A stretch of 64,000 bases of DNA from an uncultured Candidatus Saccharibacteria bacterium (GTDB lineage Bacteria > Patescibacteriota > Minisyncoccia > Phycocordibacterales > DAORIS01), in NCBI GenBank assembly GCA_964644035.1, contig CAZXUH010000001.1, positions 393,093 to 457,092 on the forward strand, in the 5' to 3' direction. The notes under the pieces are model-generated. The model was not told the DNA's origin and searched no databases. It worked only from the letters and a program-made list of their open reading frames with translations. Shown here in pieces: positions 49,278-58,513 of the stretch. The position numbers and the translations under genes were made by a program. The stretch's first letter is position 1. Each line of letters starts with the position of its first letter.

Positions 49278-51013
49278 AGCGAGTCTATAGAACCTGGAGT
49301 TTTTATTCCTTCGATCCTCTTATAAGCTAGTTCGGCCGAGATCAGGCACATAGCCATACTCGTGCCTGGGTGCGTATTGGCGCCGACATAGTAGAGATTT
49401 TTTACTTTGTTACTCATATTGCTTGGACGGAAAGGTCCTGTCTGTGAAAATGTCTGAGCCAAGCCAAATGCACTACCCTTGTAACTGTTATACTCTTTTA
49501 CAAAATCCCGCGTGCAATATGTCTTGAGATAATCTGTCTGCGCTTTTATATCTTTGATACCTGTAGCGATCTCTATCAAATGCATAATTTTTTCGGCATA
49601 AAGAGGCAAATCTGCATCGCCATATTCTACTCCGGCTGGAATCGGCACAAAAACAAAAAGACTTTCTTTGCCTGCTGGCGCTGCTGCAGAATTAGTTTTT
49701 GCAGGACAAGAAACATAGACAATAGGATTGTCCGGAAACTTTTTCATTGAAAAGATTTGTTTGAGACTTTGTGTCATATCTTTAGGGAAAATGACATTTC
49801 TCTCAAGAAGCGTACTGACCTTTTCCTTGAGCCCTACATGCAAAATAAATGCCGATGGACCCATGCTCTTCTTTGACCAATATCCCTCAGGATAAGTCTG
49901 CGATTCTTTGGGCAAGAGCGAGGTCTCACTATGATGCATGTCTGCGCCTGATATCACGATATCTGCTTCAAGCGTTCTACCAGAGAGAAGTTCGACACCA
50001 TGAACGGTACCGCCGTTGGTGATAATTCTTTTGACTGGAGCATCGGTAAAATACTGCACACCGTATCTGTCGGTGATTTTCTTGAGTGCTTCGGGCAATT
50101 TAGCAGTACCACCTTCGATATTTGCTATGCCGCCAATGAAATTGGCTTGGTTTATAAAACTGTATAGATCTGGAGTATCGGCCGGATTGGTTCCCAAAAA
50201 GAGAAATTGCTGCTTCAAAATTCCACGCAATAGATCGCTTTTAAATGTTGTATCGATAATTGCTCCAGCTTTGCTAAGCAATTTGAGTTTTTGCAATTCC
50301 ATCAATACGTCAAACTTCGAATCGAAATTCCTAAATAGAAATTTCTCTTTAGCCATTTCATAGGTCTTTTTACACTCGCCAACATATGCACGTAGTTTAT
50401 CCCCTGCACCAGGTTCAACGGTATCAAACATGATCGCATTCTCTTCTAAGTCTGGATAGATATCGTATTGCTTGCTATCAGGACCAAATACCCTGTAGGT
50501 AATTTCTGATTTTTTAAGAGTAACATGATCCTTGATATCTTCTCGCAAAAGTGAAAAATAATGCTCTACTATTTCAGGCATTGTGCATTCGGCAAGATTT
50601 TTATCAAATACATACCCTTCGTCTTCGATTACTCCTGCGGTACCACCTATATTTATATTCTTTTCAAGGACAGTGACGTGATAGCCCTTCTTAGCCAAAA
50701 GCGCAGCACTGGCTAGAGAACTAAGACCTGCGCCAATTACGATTACCCTATTACCAAGAGGAGCTGATGTCGATACATGAGCTTGCTCGACAATTGGTTT
50801 TTGAATTTCTGCGACTTTTTCTTTTTTATCTTTCTTTAGAAAGCCCGAGAATATACTTTTCTTTTCTTGCACAGGCTGTGTGTCCTTGGCTACGGGCCGA
50901 AGCGCATCGTGCAATTGCTTCTGGATTATTTCATGCGCAGACTGGATTTGATCCTCTTGCGATTCATTGGCAGTTTTTGGAGTTGTGACCGGAAAATTGT
51001 CTTCTTCGCTCAT
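49274..51013 (-). CDS. Phytoene-desaturase-family (CrtI-like) FAD-dependent oxidoreductase with an ~90-aa low-complexity N-terminal extension
   Basis: Dinucleotide-binding VIVIGAGLSSLASAALLAKKGYHVTVLEKN..GG and C-terminal ..YYVGANTHPGTSM.. Confidence 0.65.
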   Translation of the reverse strand: MSEEDNFPVTTPKTANESQEDQIQSAHEIIQKQLHDALRPVAKDTQPVQEKKSIFSGFLKKDKKEKVAEIQKPIVEQAHVSTSAPLGNRVIVIGAGLSSLASAALLAKKGYHVTVLEKNINIGGTAGVIEDEGYVFDKNLAECTMPEIVEHYFSLLREDIKDHVTLKKSEITYRVFGPDSKQYDIYPDLEENAIMFDTVEPGAGDKLRAYVGECKKTYEMAKEKFLFRNFDSKFDVLMELQKLKLLSKAGAIIDTTFKSDLLRGILKQQFLFLGTNPADTPDLYSFINQANFIGGIANIEGGTAKLPEALKKITDRYGVQYFTDAPVKRIITNGGTVHGVELLSGRTLEADIVISGADMHHSETSLLPKESQTYPEGYWSKKSMGPSAFILHVGLKEKVSTLLERNVIFPKDMTQSLKQIFSMKKFPDNPIVYVSCPAKTNSAAAPAGKESLFVFVPIPAGVEYGDADLPLYAEKIMHLIEIATGIKDIKAQTDYLKTYCTRDFVKEYNSYKGSAFGLAQTFSQTGPFRPSNMSNKVKNLYYVGANTHPGTSMAMCLISAELAYKRIEGIKTPGSIDSL

Positions 51014-51085
51014 TTGCTATTAATTGTATCAAATTTTAGGTTTGCATATTGACTAAAACTGTATAAGGCAATATACATATTACAC

Positions 51086-51481
51086 ATGGCAAATATTTTT
51101 AGAGCATATGACGTCCGAGGTCTCTACCCAAGCGAGATCAATGAGCCTATTACCGAAGACATAGGCCGTCGCGCTGCCCACATGTTCGAATCGGGACCAT
51201 TCATTATCGGCCGCGACGGCCGATATGGATCTGTGTCTCTGCAAGAAGCCTTTCTCAAAGGACTTCAAGCTGAGGCTCAAAAAATACACAAAACGTTTAC
51301 TGTCATAGATATAGATCTCTGCACTTCGCCCATGTTCTATTTTCTGGTCAATCATCACAAAGCCTCGGGCGGCGCCATGATCACGGCCTCGCACAATCCC
51401 AAAGAATACAATGGCATAAAAGCTGTCCGAGCTGGTGCAGTTATTATTCCTGGGACTGAAATAGAAGCAATCAACATCTAA
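51086..51481 (+). CDS. Phosphomannomutase/phosphoglucomutase, domain I fragment. It contains active-site Ser TASHNP and ends at a TAA stop; the remainder continues in the +1 frame.
   Basis: ..AYDVRG..TASHNPKEYNGIK.. matches PGM/PMM domain I. Confidence 0.7.
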   Translation: MANIFRAYDVRGLYPSEINEPITEDIGRRAAHMFESGPFIIGRDGRYGSVSLQEAFLKGLQAEAQKIHKTFTVIDIDLCTSPMFYFLVNHHKASGGAMITASHNPKEYNGIKAVRAGAVIIPGTEIEAINI

Positions 51482-51482
51482 T

Positions 51483-52385
51483 ATGGAACAAAATTCTCAT
51501 CTCCAGGCCTATATTGATTTTTTATCCACAAAAATTGCAATGGCAAGACCTCTTAAAATAGTCTGCGACTGTTCCAATGGTCCGGCAGGGCTTATTATCA
51601 ATGCTCTCAAAAAGCAAAGAAAAGAATTTGCTGAGACTGTACTTATCAATGAAAATATTCATCCGGACTTCCCTGCTCATGGTGCCGATCCGACGACAGC
51701 GAGTGCCCTCGATGATGTTGTAAAAGCAATAAAAGAACACAATGCCGATCTCGGCGTCGTCTATGATGGAGATGCCGACCGAGCGATCTTTGTCGATGAA
51801 AAAGGCAATCGTATTCCTTCGCACGTCATTGCCGCACTCATGACTGCCAATATCCCTGGTACTCATATTGCTGACGCTTTGGTCTATGAAGCGCTTATTC
51901 ATACAGATCCTGCAATCAAAGATAGAATCATAGCTTCGAGAGTCGGCCGATACTATATCAATCTCTCAATGCACCAGCACAGCGCAGTGATGGGTGCAGA
52001 ATTTTCAGGGCACTATTATTTTGCCGATTTTTGGAATGCTGATTCTGCAGTACTCACTACGATCAAGGTTATGAATATTTTGTCTGCTGAAAAAAATACT
52101 GTCTCAGCAATTCTTAAACCCTATGGAAAACAACGTATCGATGCAGACAAGATCGGTATATCAGTATCATTTGATGAAATTAAAAAAGCCGTACTAGAAT
52201 ATATAGCCAACAAAAAAGTTACACGCACGAGTGAACTCGATGGATTGTCAGTAGATTTTGGCGAAAGCTGGATCAATGTCAGACCATCAAACACTGAACC
52301 AATCATTCGCATCACCGCTGGTGCCAGCGACATTGCACAGATTCACGAGCTGATCGCTGAATACAAGACTCTGCTTTCAAAATAA
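51483..52385 (+). CDS. Phosphomannomutase/phosphoglucomutase, domains II-IV. It starts 1 nt after the upstream stop, so this is a split or frameshifted gene.
   Basis: ..VVYDGDADRAIFVDEKGN.. (metal-binding loop) and ..GAEFSGHYYF.. match PGM/PMM. Confidence 0.7.
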   Translation: MEQNSHLQAYIDFLSTKIAMARPLKIVCDCSNGPAGLIINALKKQRKEFAETVLINENIHPDFPAHGADPTTASALDDVVKAIKEHNADLGVVYDGDADRAIFVDEKGNRIPSHVIAALMTANIPGTHIADALVYEALIHTDPAIKDRIIASRVGRYYINLSMHQHSAVMGAEFSGHYYFADFWNADSAVLTTIKVMNILSAEKNTVSAILKPYGKQRIDADKIGISVSFDEIKKAVLEYIANKKVTRTSELDGLSVDFGESWINVRPSNTEPIIRITAGASDIAQIHELIAEYKTLLSK

Positions 52386-52448
52386 GAGACAAGCAAAAAC
52401 CCTTTCACATATGTGAAAGGGTTTTTGTAATTGAGGTAACTACGGAGA

Positions 52449-52769
52449 TTAGTAGCGACCGCCGAAACCGCCTCGGTTGCCACCGCCCATTCCACCACCT
52501 ATTGGAGAACGCTCACGCTTTTCCATAGGCTTTGCAATGTTGACGATAAGTTTTCGTCCTTCAAGCTCCTTGTTATTCCACATATCGATAGCTGCCTGTG
52601 CTCCTTCTGGAGTTGCCATTTCTACGAAACCGAAGCCTCGTGATCGGCCAGTCATCTTATCCATAAGAATCTGAGCTGATACAACCTCACCGGCCTGAGC
52701 GAACGCATCGCGAAGACCATCATCTGTTGTGCGGTAATTGATACCACCAACGTACAATTTTTTATCCAT
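52449..52769 (-). CDS. RRM-type RNA-binding protein with a Gly-rich tail
   Basis: RNP2 LYVGGI and RNP1 RGFGFVEM; the C-terminus is GGMGGGNRGGFGGRY. Confidence 0.85.
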   Translation of the reverse strand: MDKKLYVGGINYRTTDDGLRDAFAQAGEVVSAQILMDKMTGRSRGFGFVEMATPEGAQAAIDMWNNKELEGRKLIVNIAKPMEKRERSPIGGGMGGGNRGGFGGRY

Positions 52770-52837
52770 TATCTATTTACTTACTAATAACCGTAATTGA
52801 CTCTCGAGGAGCTGCTTACTTAATGCCAATAGTACCT

Positions 52838-53446
52838 TTAGGGCTTGGTTTCGTCAAGTTCTGACCGCTCGAGTGCTCGCTCCGAAAGATTGCTGATTGT
52901 CTGCTCAATGACAATGAATACGACGACTGCCAAAAGGAATAAAATCTCCGTATATTTGAGATAGTGCTTAAAATGTCCGATCGACTGGCTAAAGAGAGAG
53001 CCTGCGGTAATGATAATCGTATACCACAAGAGATCAACGACGATAATCAGCTTTGCATACTGCCTCAGTTTCATACCCATACTACCAGCTTTGATAAGCA
53101 CAGCATGATGAATACCATAGATAAATTTTGAGACAAAAATAAGTCGAAATGGCTTATGTTGCAACAATCTATTGAATGACCGAGTAATTCTATTGACTGC
53201 TTTGCCCAATCTTGGAAATCGCGGTAAGAGACGCAGGCCGACAAAATACCATAGGAAATCGCCGATAAACAATCCGCTAAGACTCGTTATGACGACCATT
53301 ACTGGATCGAGTACATGCCGAGAAACCAGCAATATAGCCGTAAATAGAATTGCCTCGCCTTCTATCATCATTCCGACAAATAGAAGTGCATACAAGACCG
53401 GTCGCAGTTCATAGAGCTGCTGAAGGATCATCATATGCTGCATCAT
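52838..53446 (-). CDS. DedA/SNARE-associated (TVP38/TMEM64) family membrane protein
   Basis: Multiple TM helices and ..IEGEAILFTAILLVS.. typical of DedA. Confidence 0.65.
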   Translation of the reverse strand: MMQHMMILQQLYELRPVLYALLFVGMMIEGEAILFTAILLVSRHVLDPVMVVITSLSGLFIGDFLWYFVGLRLLPRFPRLGKAVNRITRSFNRLLQHKPFRLIFVSKFIYGIHHAVLIKAGSMGMKLRQYAKLIIVVDLLWYTIIITAGSLFSQSIGHFKHYLKYTEILFLLAVVVFIVIEQTISNLSERALERSELDETKP

Positions 53447-53474
53447 AGGATTAAAATTGTACCATACGTCACTT

Positions 53475-54701
53475 TTATATTTTCCTCAGTATAAAGATAT
53501 TTTTTCTTTTATCTTTTTTTGATCGGCCGGCTTTCTTCTGCATACTCGAACCAAGCACCACACTTTCATCACCAAATCTTTTTCTAATACTAGTATCAAT
53601 ATGACTTTCTAATCCATCAAATGTCCTATTGCGCACTTGGGATCCAAACAAATCATCCTGAGCATGTGCTTCAGGTAACACGTTGAACAGTGATATGCCT
53701 GTCGCTCGGTATAAGACATTGGGCACGTATACTTCGTCGATCTTTTCTATTATTTTTGAAACAATAAGCTCTGGTGATGATGTCGGATATTCAAAATGCA
53801 GGTCAGTACGTAAGTATTGAAAGCTCTGCTTCTTTATAAAAAATGATCCCTGCCGAGCACATAGACCATAGCGACGCATGTGCTTCGTTGCCTCCTCTGC
53901 ATGCCGCGAAAGTTCTGATATAAGAAACGCTTTCGCGGAAGTGGGTGGTCTGAAAGTGCTTGTGCTCATAAAAGATTTCTGAAGATCTTTAGGACTATCG
54001 TGAATACCAAAAACCAAATGTCCATTGAGCTCAAGCCAGAGCTCGCGCATTGGTTTGTCAAAATACGTTCTGACTTGCGATTCATTTTGATCGGCAAATT
54101 CTGCAGCCGTTTTTATACCCAAGCCAGCACAATACGCTGCGGAGCTTCTGCCGATACCCCAGATTTTCGATACAGGCACTTCCCTCAGAGTTGCTTGCAA
54201 ATTTTCTTCAGTAATAACTTTGAAACCATCGGGTTTTTGCCATTTCGATGCTACTTTTGCCAAAAGCTTGTTGATAGAAAGACCAACTGAAAAAGTTGTC
54301 CCGAGTTCTTCAAACAAGGCATTCTTAATACGCCGAGCAATTTCTTCATACGATATGCCTAGCATACTGTCACAACCCGTCAGATCAGCAAAACATTCAT
54401 CGATACTGTAGGCTTCGACATGGGGTGCAAATCTGGCAACGATTGCATTCATTCTTACCGAATAGAGTTTGTACAGATCAAAATTACTTGGCAGCACCAC
54501 AACCTCGGGACAAATCTGCCTTACCCTAAACACAGGCATGGCCCTGACCACTCCTCTTGCTTTGGCTTCATAGCTCATTGCGCAGGCAATACCTTTCTCA
54601 CTACCTACAATAACCGGTTTACCTCGCAAATCTGGCCTATGTGCTATTTCGCATCCCACGAAAAAAGAATCTCCATCAACATGTAGAATGGCTTTATTCA
54701 T
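53475..54701 (-). CDS. dinB: Y-family DNA polymerase IV
   Basis: ILHVDGDSFFVGCE..RGKPVIVG.. and ..SIDECFADLTG.. match the Y-family catalytic core. Confidence 0.85.
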   Translation of the reverse strand: MNKAILHVDGDSFFVGCEIAHRPDLRGKPVIVGSEKGIACAMSYEAKARGVVRAMPVFRVRQICPEVVVLPSNFDLYKLYSVRMNAIVARFAPHVEAYSIDECFADLTGCDSMLGISYEEIARRIKNALFEELGTTFSVGLSINKLLAKVASKWQKPDGFKVITEENLQATLREVPVSKIWGIGRSSAAYCAGLGIKTAAEFADQNESQVRTYFDKPMRELWLELNGHLVFGIHDSPKDLQKSFMSTSTFRPPTSAKAFLISELSRHAEEATKHMRRYGLCARQGSFFIKKQSFQYLRTDLHFEYPTSSPELIVSKIIEKIDEVYVPNVLYRATGISLFNVLPEAHAQDDLFGSQVRNRTFDGLESHIDTSIRKRFGDESVVLGSSMQKKAGRSKKDKRKNIFILRKI

Positions 54702-54716
54702 TTTAATAGACTCCTC

Positions 54717-55283
54717 TTAATACTTTCTTACTACTCCTCTTACGATTGCTGCAATCTTAAGATCAGCTGTGGGATAAATAGGTTTGTAATTTTTATTTGC
54801 CGGTTCAAGCCACACTCTGCCATTTCTCTGCTTGAGATATTTCATTGTCCACTCGCCATCTACTTCTGCTACGACGATATCGCCATCTTTTGCTTTATTG
54901 GTCCTTTCTACAATAACCAAATCTCCTTTTGCAATATGCGCGTCGATCATGGAGTCACCGTCTACTTCGAGAATATATGTTGCTTCTTTCCTTTCAATAA
55001 GAAAATTGTCGATGCTCATGGTGTCTTTGAGCTCCTCTTCGACTGCCGATGGAAAACCAGCTTTAACAAGACCAAGCACCGGTGTTTCACTAAATAGATT
55101 GGTTGGTACGATCTTGCCCTGGCGATCTTTCTGCACAAATCCTGCTTCGACAAGTTTGTCGATGAGTTTGTAGACAGCATTTTTTGATTTAAATCCAAAC
55201 AAAGCCATCATCTCGCGATAAACGGGCATGCGCTTGTGCGTATCGTAAAAACCAATCAATTTGTCTTTGTGCTCGTTGTGCAT
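54717..55283 (-). CDS. lexA: LexA-like SOS repressor (N-terminal wHTH plus C-terminal S24 peptidase)
   Basis: N-terminal winged helix; C-terminal ..VDGDSMIDAHI..GDLVIV..EWTMKY (Ser/Lys dyad). Confidence 0.8.
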   Translation of the reverse strand: MHNEHKDKLIGFYDTHKRMPVYREMMALFGFKSKNAVYKLIDKLVEAGFVQKDRQGKIVPTNLFSETPVLGLVKAGFPSAVEEELKDTMSIDNFLIERKEATYILEVDGDSMIDAHIAKGDLVIVERTNKAKDGDIVVAEVDGEWTMKYLKQRNGRVWLEPANKNYKPIYPTADLKIAAIVRGVVRKY

Positions 55284-55285
55284 GT

Positions 55286-55516
55286 TTAAAACAAAGTAAA
55301 CCTAAGTTTAGCAAACGAACGGCCGACATTTAAGATACTCTGAGTAAATTCTGATATCCTTTCCCTGCGCATAATCTTCGTCAATGTCTCAAGAAGCAAC
55401 TTGTGTCTCTTGGCATCACTTTCATAGGGATATCCCATGAGGATCTTATTATCAATTCGCTTATTGAGCCTTGAGAGCTCGTTGCGAAGCATAAATGCAT
55501 ATTCTCTTTTGTTCAT
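55286..55516 (-). CDS. Small hypothetical protein, first gene of the lexA-dinB transcription unit
   Basis: ORF only; the LexA box lies immediately upstream. Confidence 0.35.
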   Translation of the reverse strand: MNKREYAFMLRNELSRLNKRIDNKILMGYPYESDAKRHKLLLETLTKIMRRERISEFTQSILNVGRSFAKLRFTLF

Positions 55517-55572
55517 ATAGTTGTAGCTCTATATATTAATAAGTGCACGTCCTGTGCGTGTATATAGTATAA

Positions 55573-55588
55573 GTGAACGATCGTTCAC
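55573..55588. promoter_or_regulatory. LexA operator of Cheo-box type: perfect palindrome GTGAACGATCGTTCAC (GAAC-N4-GTTC)
   Basis: Read directly; it lies ~60 nt upstream of the small ORF-lexA-dinB operon. Confidence 0.75.
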
Positions 55589-55614
55589 CTGTCAACAACT
55601 ACTGATAAAAAGAC

Positions 55615-55623
55615 TGTGGATAA
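55615..55623 (-). promoter_or_regulatory. Perfect DnaA box (TTATCCACA on the minus strand) next to the LexA operator
   Basis: The plus strand reads TGTGGATAA. The same 13-mer ctgtggataagtc occurs at 36053-36065. Confidence 0.4.
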
Positions 55624-55631
55624 GTCGGGAA

Positions 55632-57455
55632 TTATTCTACAGTAACTGATTTTGCAAGGTTTCTTGGCTTGTCTACATCGAGCCCTCTAATGCATGCAGC
55701 GTAGTAGGCAAAAAGCTGGAGTGGAATAATCGACAAAATAGGATAGAGCATTTCGTGCGTTTCTGGCACAGAAATAATTGCGTCAGCCAGAGACTTTATT
55801 GATTCATCACCCTCAGTTGCTACAGCAACGATAGGACCGCGTCGAGCTTTGATTTCCTGAATATTGGAAATCATTTTTTCATAGAGATTGTCTTTTGTGC
55901 ACAATGCCACTGTCGGTACGGCTGGTTCGATAAGGGCGATCGGGCCATGCTTGAGTTCCCCTGCTGCATAGGCTTCAGCATGAAGATATGAAATTTCTTT
56001 CATCTTGAGCGCACCTTCGTAAGCAATCGGATACTGATATTTTCTACCGATATACAACATGTGTTCTGAATGTGCGTATTTTGCCGCTACCGATTTTATT
56101 GAGTCTGCATTTTTAAGAATATGCTTGATATGTTCAGGAAGAGTGCTGAGACCATTGAGAATCTTTTTGACATCAGCTTCATCAAGACCCCTCCGTCGTG
56201 CCATAAATGTCGTAAAGAGTGCAAGTGTCGTGAGTTGTGAAATAAAAGCCTTGGTTGTCGCCACTGCTACTTCTGGACCAGCATGATTGTATATACCAGC
56301 ATCTGTTTCACGAGCAATGCTTGAACCGACGACATTCACGATACCGAGAGTCAGTATGCCCTGCCTCTTTGCTTCGCGAATCGCCTCGAGTGTATCGGCA
56401 GTTTCGCCTGACTGAGAAATCGCAAGAAGTGCCGTACCTTCTTCGAAGACATGAGTTTTATATCTAAATTCCGATCCGAAGCACACTTCTACTGGTATGC
56501 GTGCATATTGCTCGAGCATGTATTCTCCGACTTGGCCAGCATAGTAGGCACTGCCGCAACCGACAATTACCAAACGTTTAATATCGCGAAGTTTATCTTC
56601 GATAGTCTTGAGACCTCCAAGTACTACGTCATGATGATCGGGCAATATCCTGCCGCGAAGGGTATTCTTAATAACTTCTGGTCCTTCCATGATTTCCTTG
56701 AGCATGAAATGATCGAAACCATTTTTCTCTGCCGCTTCAAAAGAAAATTCGAGTTCTGAAGTCTTATGATCGACGCACGCACCATCGAGCGTATAGATAT
56801 CGTGAGTATGTGGAGTAAGGACTGCGATTTCTTTATCATTGAGATATATCACCTTGCGCGTATGTCTAATGATTGCCGCACCGTCCGATGCTACAAAATA
56901 TTCACCTTCACCAAGACCAATGAGCAGCGGACTGCCCATGCGTGCCACGACAAGCTTGGTCGGTTCTTTTTTGGTAACTACCGCAATACCGTATGCTCCC
57001 CTGACATGAGTGAGAGCTTTGGTCACCGCTTTTTCGAGTAGTGTTTCTGACTTGAGTTCTTCTGAAATAAGATGAGCGAGTACTTCAGAGTCTGTTTCTG
57101 ATCTAAAGATGATACCCTTTTCTTTGAGTTCGTCTTTTATATCCTGATAGTTTTCAATGATACCGTTGTGTACTACAAAGACTTGATTGTCGGTATCCAT
57201 GTGCGGGTGAGCATTGGCTTCCGACGGTACACCATGAGTAGCCCAGCGAGTGTGAGCAATACCTGTACTTCCTTCAACAGCATCATTGGCCTGCTTCTTG
57301 AGGTTGGCGACACGACCCAGTGATTTGAGAGCATTATCATTGCCACAGATATAGAGGCCAGCCGAATCATAGCCTCGATATTCGAGACTTTGAAGTCCAT
57401 CAATAAGAATTGGGAGAGCTTTTCTTGCTCCCGTGTAAGCAATGATTCCGCACAT
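55632..57455 (-). CDS. glmS: Glutamine--fructose-6-phosphate aminotransferase
   Basis: MCGIIAY.. Ntn-glutaminase start and two SIS domains. Confidence 0.95.
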   Translation of the reverse strand: MCGIIAYTGARKALPILIDGLQSLEYRGYDSAGLYICGNDNALKSLGRVANLKKQANDAVEGSTGIAHTRWATHGVPSEANAHPHMDTDNQVFVVHNGIIENYQDIKDELKEKGIIFRSETDSEVLAHLISEELKSETLLEKAVTKALTHVRGAYGIAVVTKKEPTKLVVARMGSPLLIGLGEGEYFVASDGAAIIRHTRKVIYLNDKEIAVLTPHTHDIYTLDGACVDHKTSELEFSFEAAEKNGFDHFMLKEIMEGPEVIKNTLRGRILPDHHDVVLGGLKTIEDKLRDIKRLVIVGCGSAYYAGQVGEYMLEQYARIPVEVCFGSEFRYKTHVFEEGTALLAISQSGETADTLEAIREAKRQGILTLGIVNVVGSSIARETDAGIYNHAGPEVAVATTKAFISQLTTLALFTTFMARRRGLDEADVKKILNGLSTLPEHIKHILKNADSIKSVAAKYAHSEHMLYIGRKYQYPIAYEGALKMKEISYLHAEAYAAGELKHGPIALIEPAVPTVALCTKDNLYEKMISNIQEIKARRGPIVAVATEGDESIKSLADAIISVPETHEMLYPILSIIPLQLFAYYAACIRGLDVDKPRNLAKSVTVE

Positions 57456-57529
57456 ATGTAGTTGAAATTAACCGCTTTTAAGCGGTTTTTCTACCATATG
57501 GTTTTATCGATGTAAATAGTTTTGAAAAT

Positions 57530-58495
57530 TTAAGAAATCTTTTTCTTAAATTCTTCTATCATTGGGACCTTGTCGGGTTCGGTGCCTGCAGCAAGAGCAA
57601 TATGATATGCCGTCCATTCTGCAAGAATGAGAGAGTTGAATATTTTTTCTAAGCGATTTTCTCCAGCTAGAGTAACGTCAGAAACTTTTATTCCCCTATT
57701 AGTATAAAGCTCCTTGCAGACATCCATACGTTTACGTATTTGCAGGTGATCTTCTGAGTCATGTACGAAAATACAATACAGATTTTTAGAAAGGTCGCGT
57801 GTCGAATCGACAACATCAAAACCATTCATTTCATTGTGATTGAGTTCAGGAAATAGATTGTAGAAAGCCGGAATCTTACCTGTTTCATTAAATTTTATCT
57901 TCCAGTTATACGCCAGAGCATTGTTCCTATCCGATGCATAGACCACAGGTATAGACTTGGAAAGTGTCTGTGCAAGATTTCTGCCATCTTCACGCAGTGC
58001 ATCTGGTTTGATCTTGTCGGAAAGAAGCTTAAGTTCTTTTTCAAAACTTTTATCAGACATGAGAGCGGCTAGAGCGATCATAGAGAAGCCGAGCGCACTG
58101 CGAGGCTGAATACCTGTGTCCGGCAATTGAATGTATGGAAGTTCGTGCTCTTGTGCAAAAGCGATCACTTTGCCCCCCACAGCTATACAAACTATATTGT
58201 ATTTATTTTTATATGCCTTTTCGAGACCACTGATTACTTCCTCTGTATTACCCGAATACGAACTAGCGATAAAAAGTGTGTCGGCAATATCTTCGGGTAA
58301 GATTGCGGGCAAATCATAGTCTTTGTGAATGAGTATCGGTACTTCGGGTTTGATATTTTTCAATATATCGCCCGCAAGATGAGAGCCGCCCATACCAAGT
58401 AAGACATAACGCTTAGCGCTTTTAAGATTCTGTTTATTTGCTATGACAGGTTCAAATGAAAACTGAGTGGCAAAATTGAGTATTGCTTGTTCCAT
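57530..58495 (-). CDS. Bifunctional phosphoglucose/phosphomannose isomerase-like SIS-domain protein
   Basis: ..LLGMGGSHLAGDIL.., SIS fold and ~320 aa size match bifunctional PGI/PMI. Confidence 0.65.
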   Translation of the reverse strand: MEQAILNFATQFSFEPVIANKQNLKSAKRYVLLGMGGSHLAGDILKNIKPEVPILIHKDYDLPAILPEDIADTLFIASSYSGNTEEVISGLEKAYKNKYNIVCIAVGGKVIAFAQEHELPYIQLPDTGIQPRSALGFSMIALAALMSDKSFEKELKLLSDKIKPDALREDGRNLAQTLSKSIPVVYASDRNNALAYNWKIKFNETGKIPAFYNLFPELNHNEMNGFDVVDSTRDLSKNLYCIFVHDSEDHLQIRKRMDVCKELYTNRGIKVSDVTLAGENRLEKIFNSLILAEWTAYHIALAAGTEPDKVPMIEEFKKKIS

Positions 58496-58513
58496 AATAT
58501 CTATACTGTAGCA

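Noticed and set aside
57456-57529. glmS ribozyme upstream of glmS
   Set aside because: The intergenic spacer is only about 75 nt and contains just a simple AACCGCTT-TTAA-GCGGTT hairpin, which looks like a terminator or attenuator-like stem. This is too short for the glmS ribozyme core.
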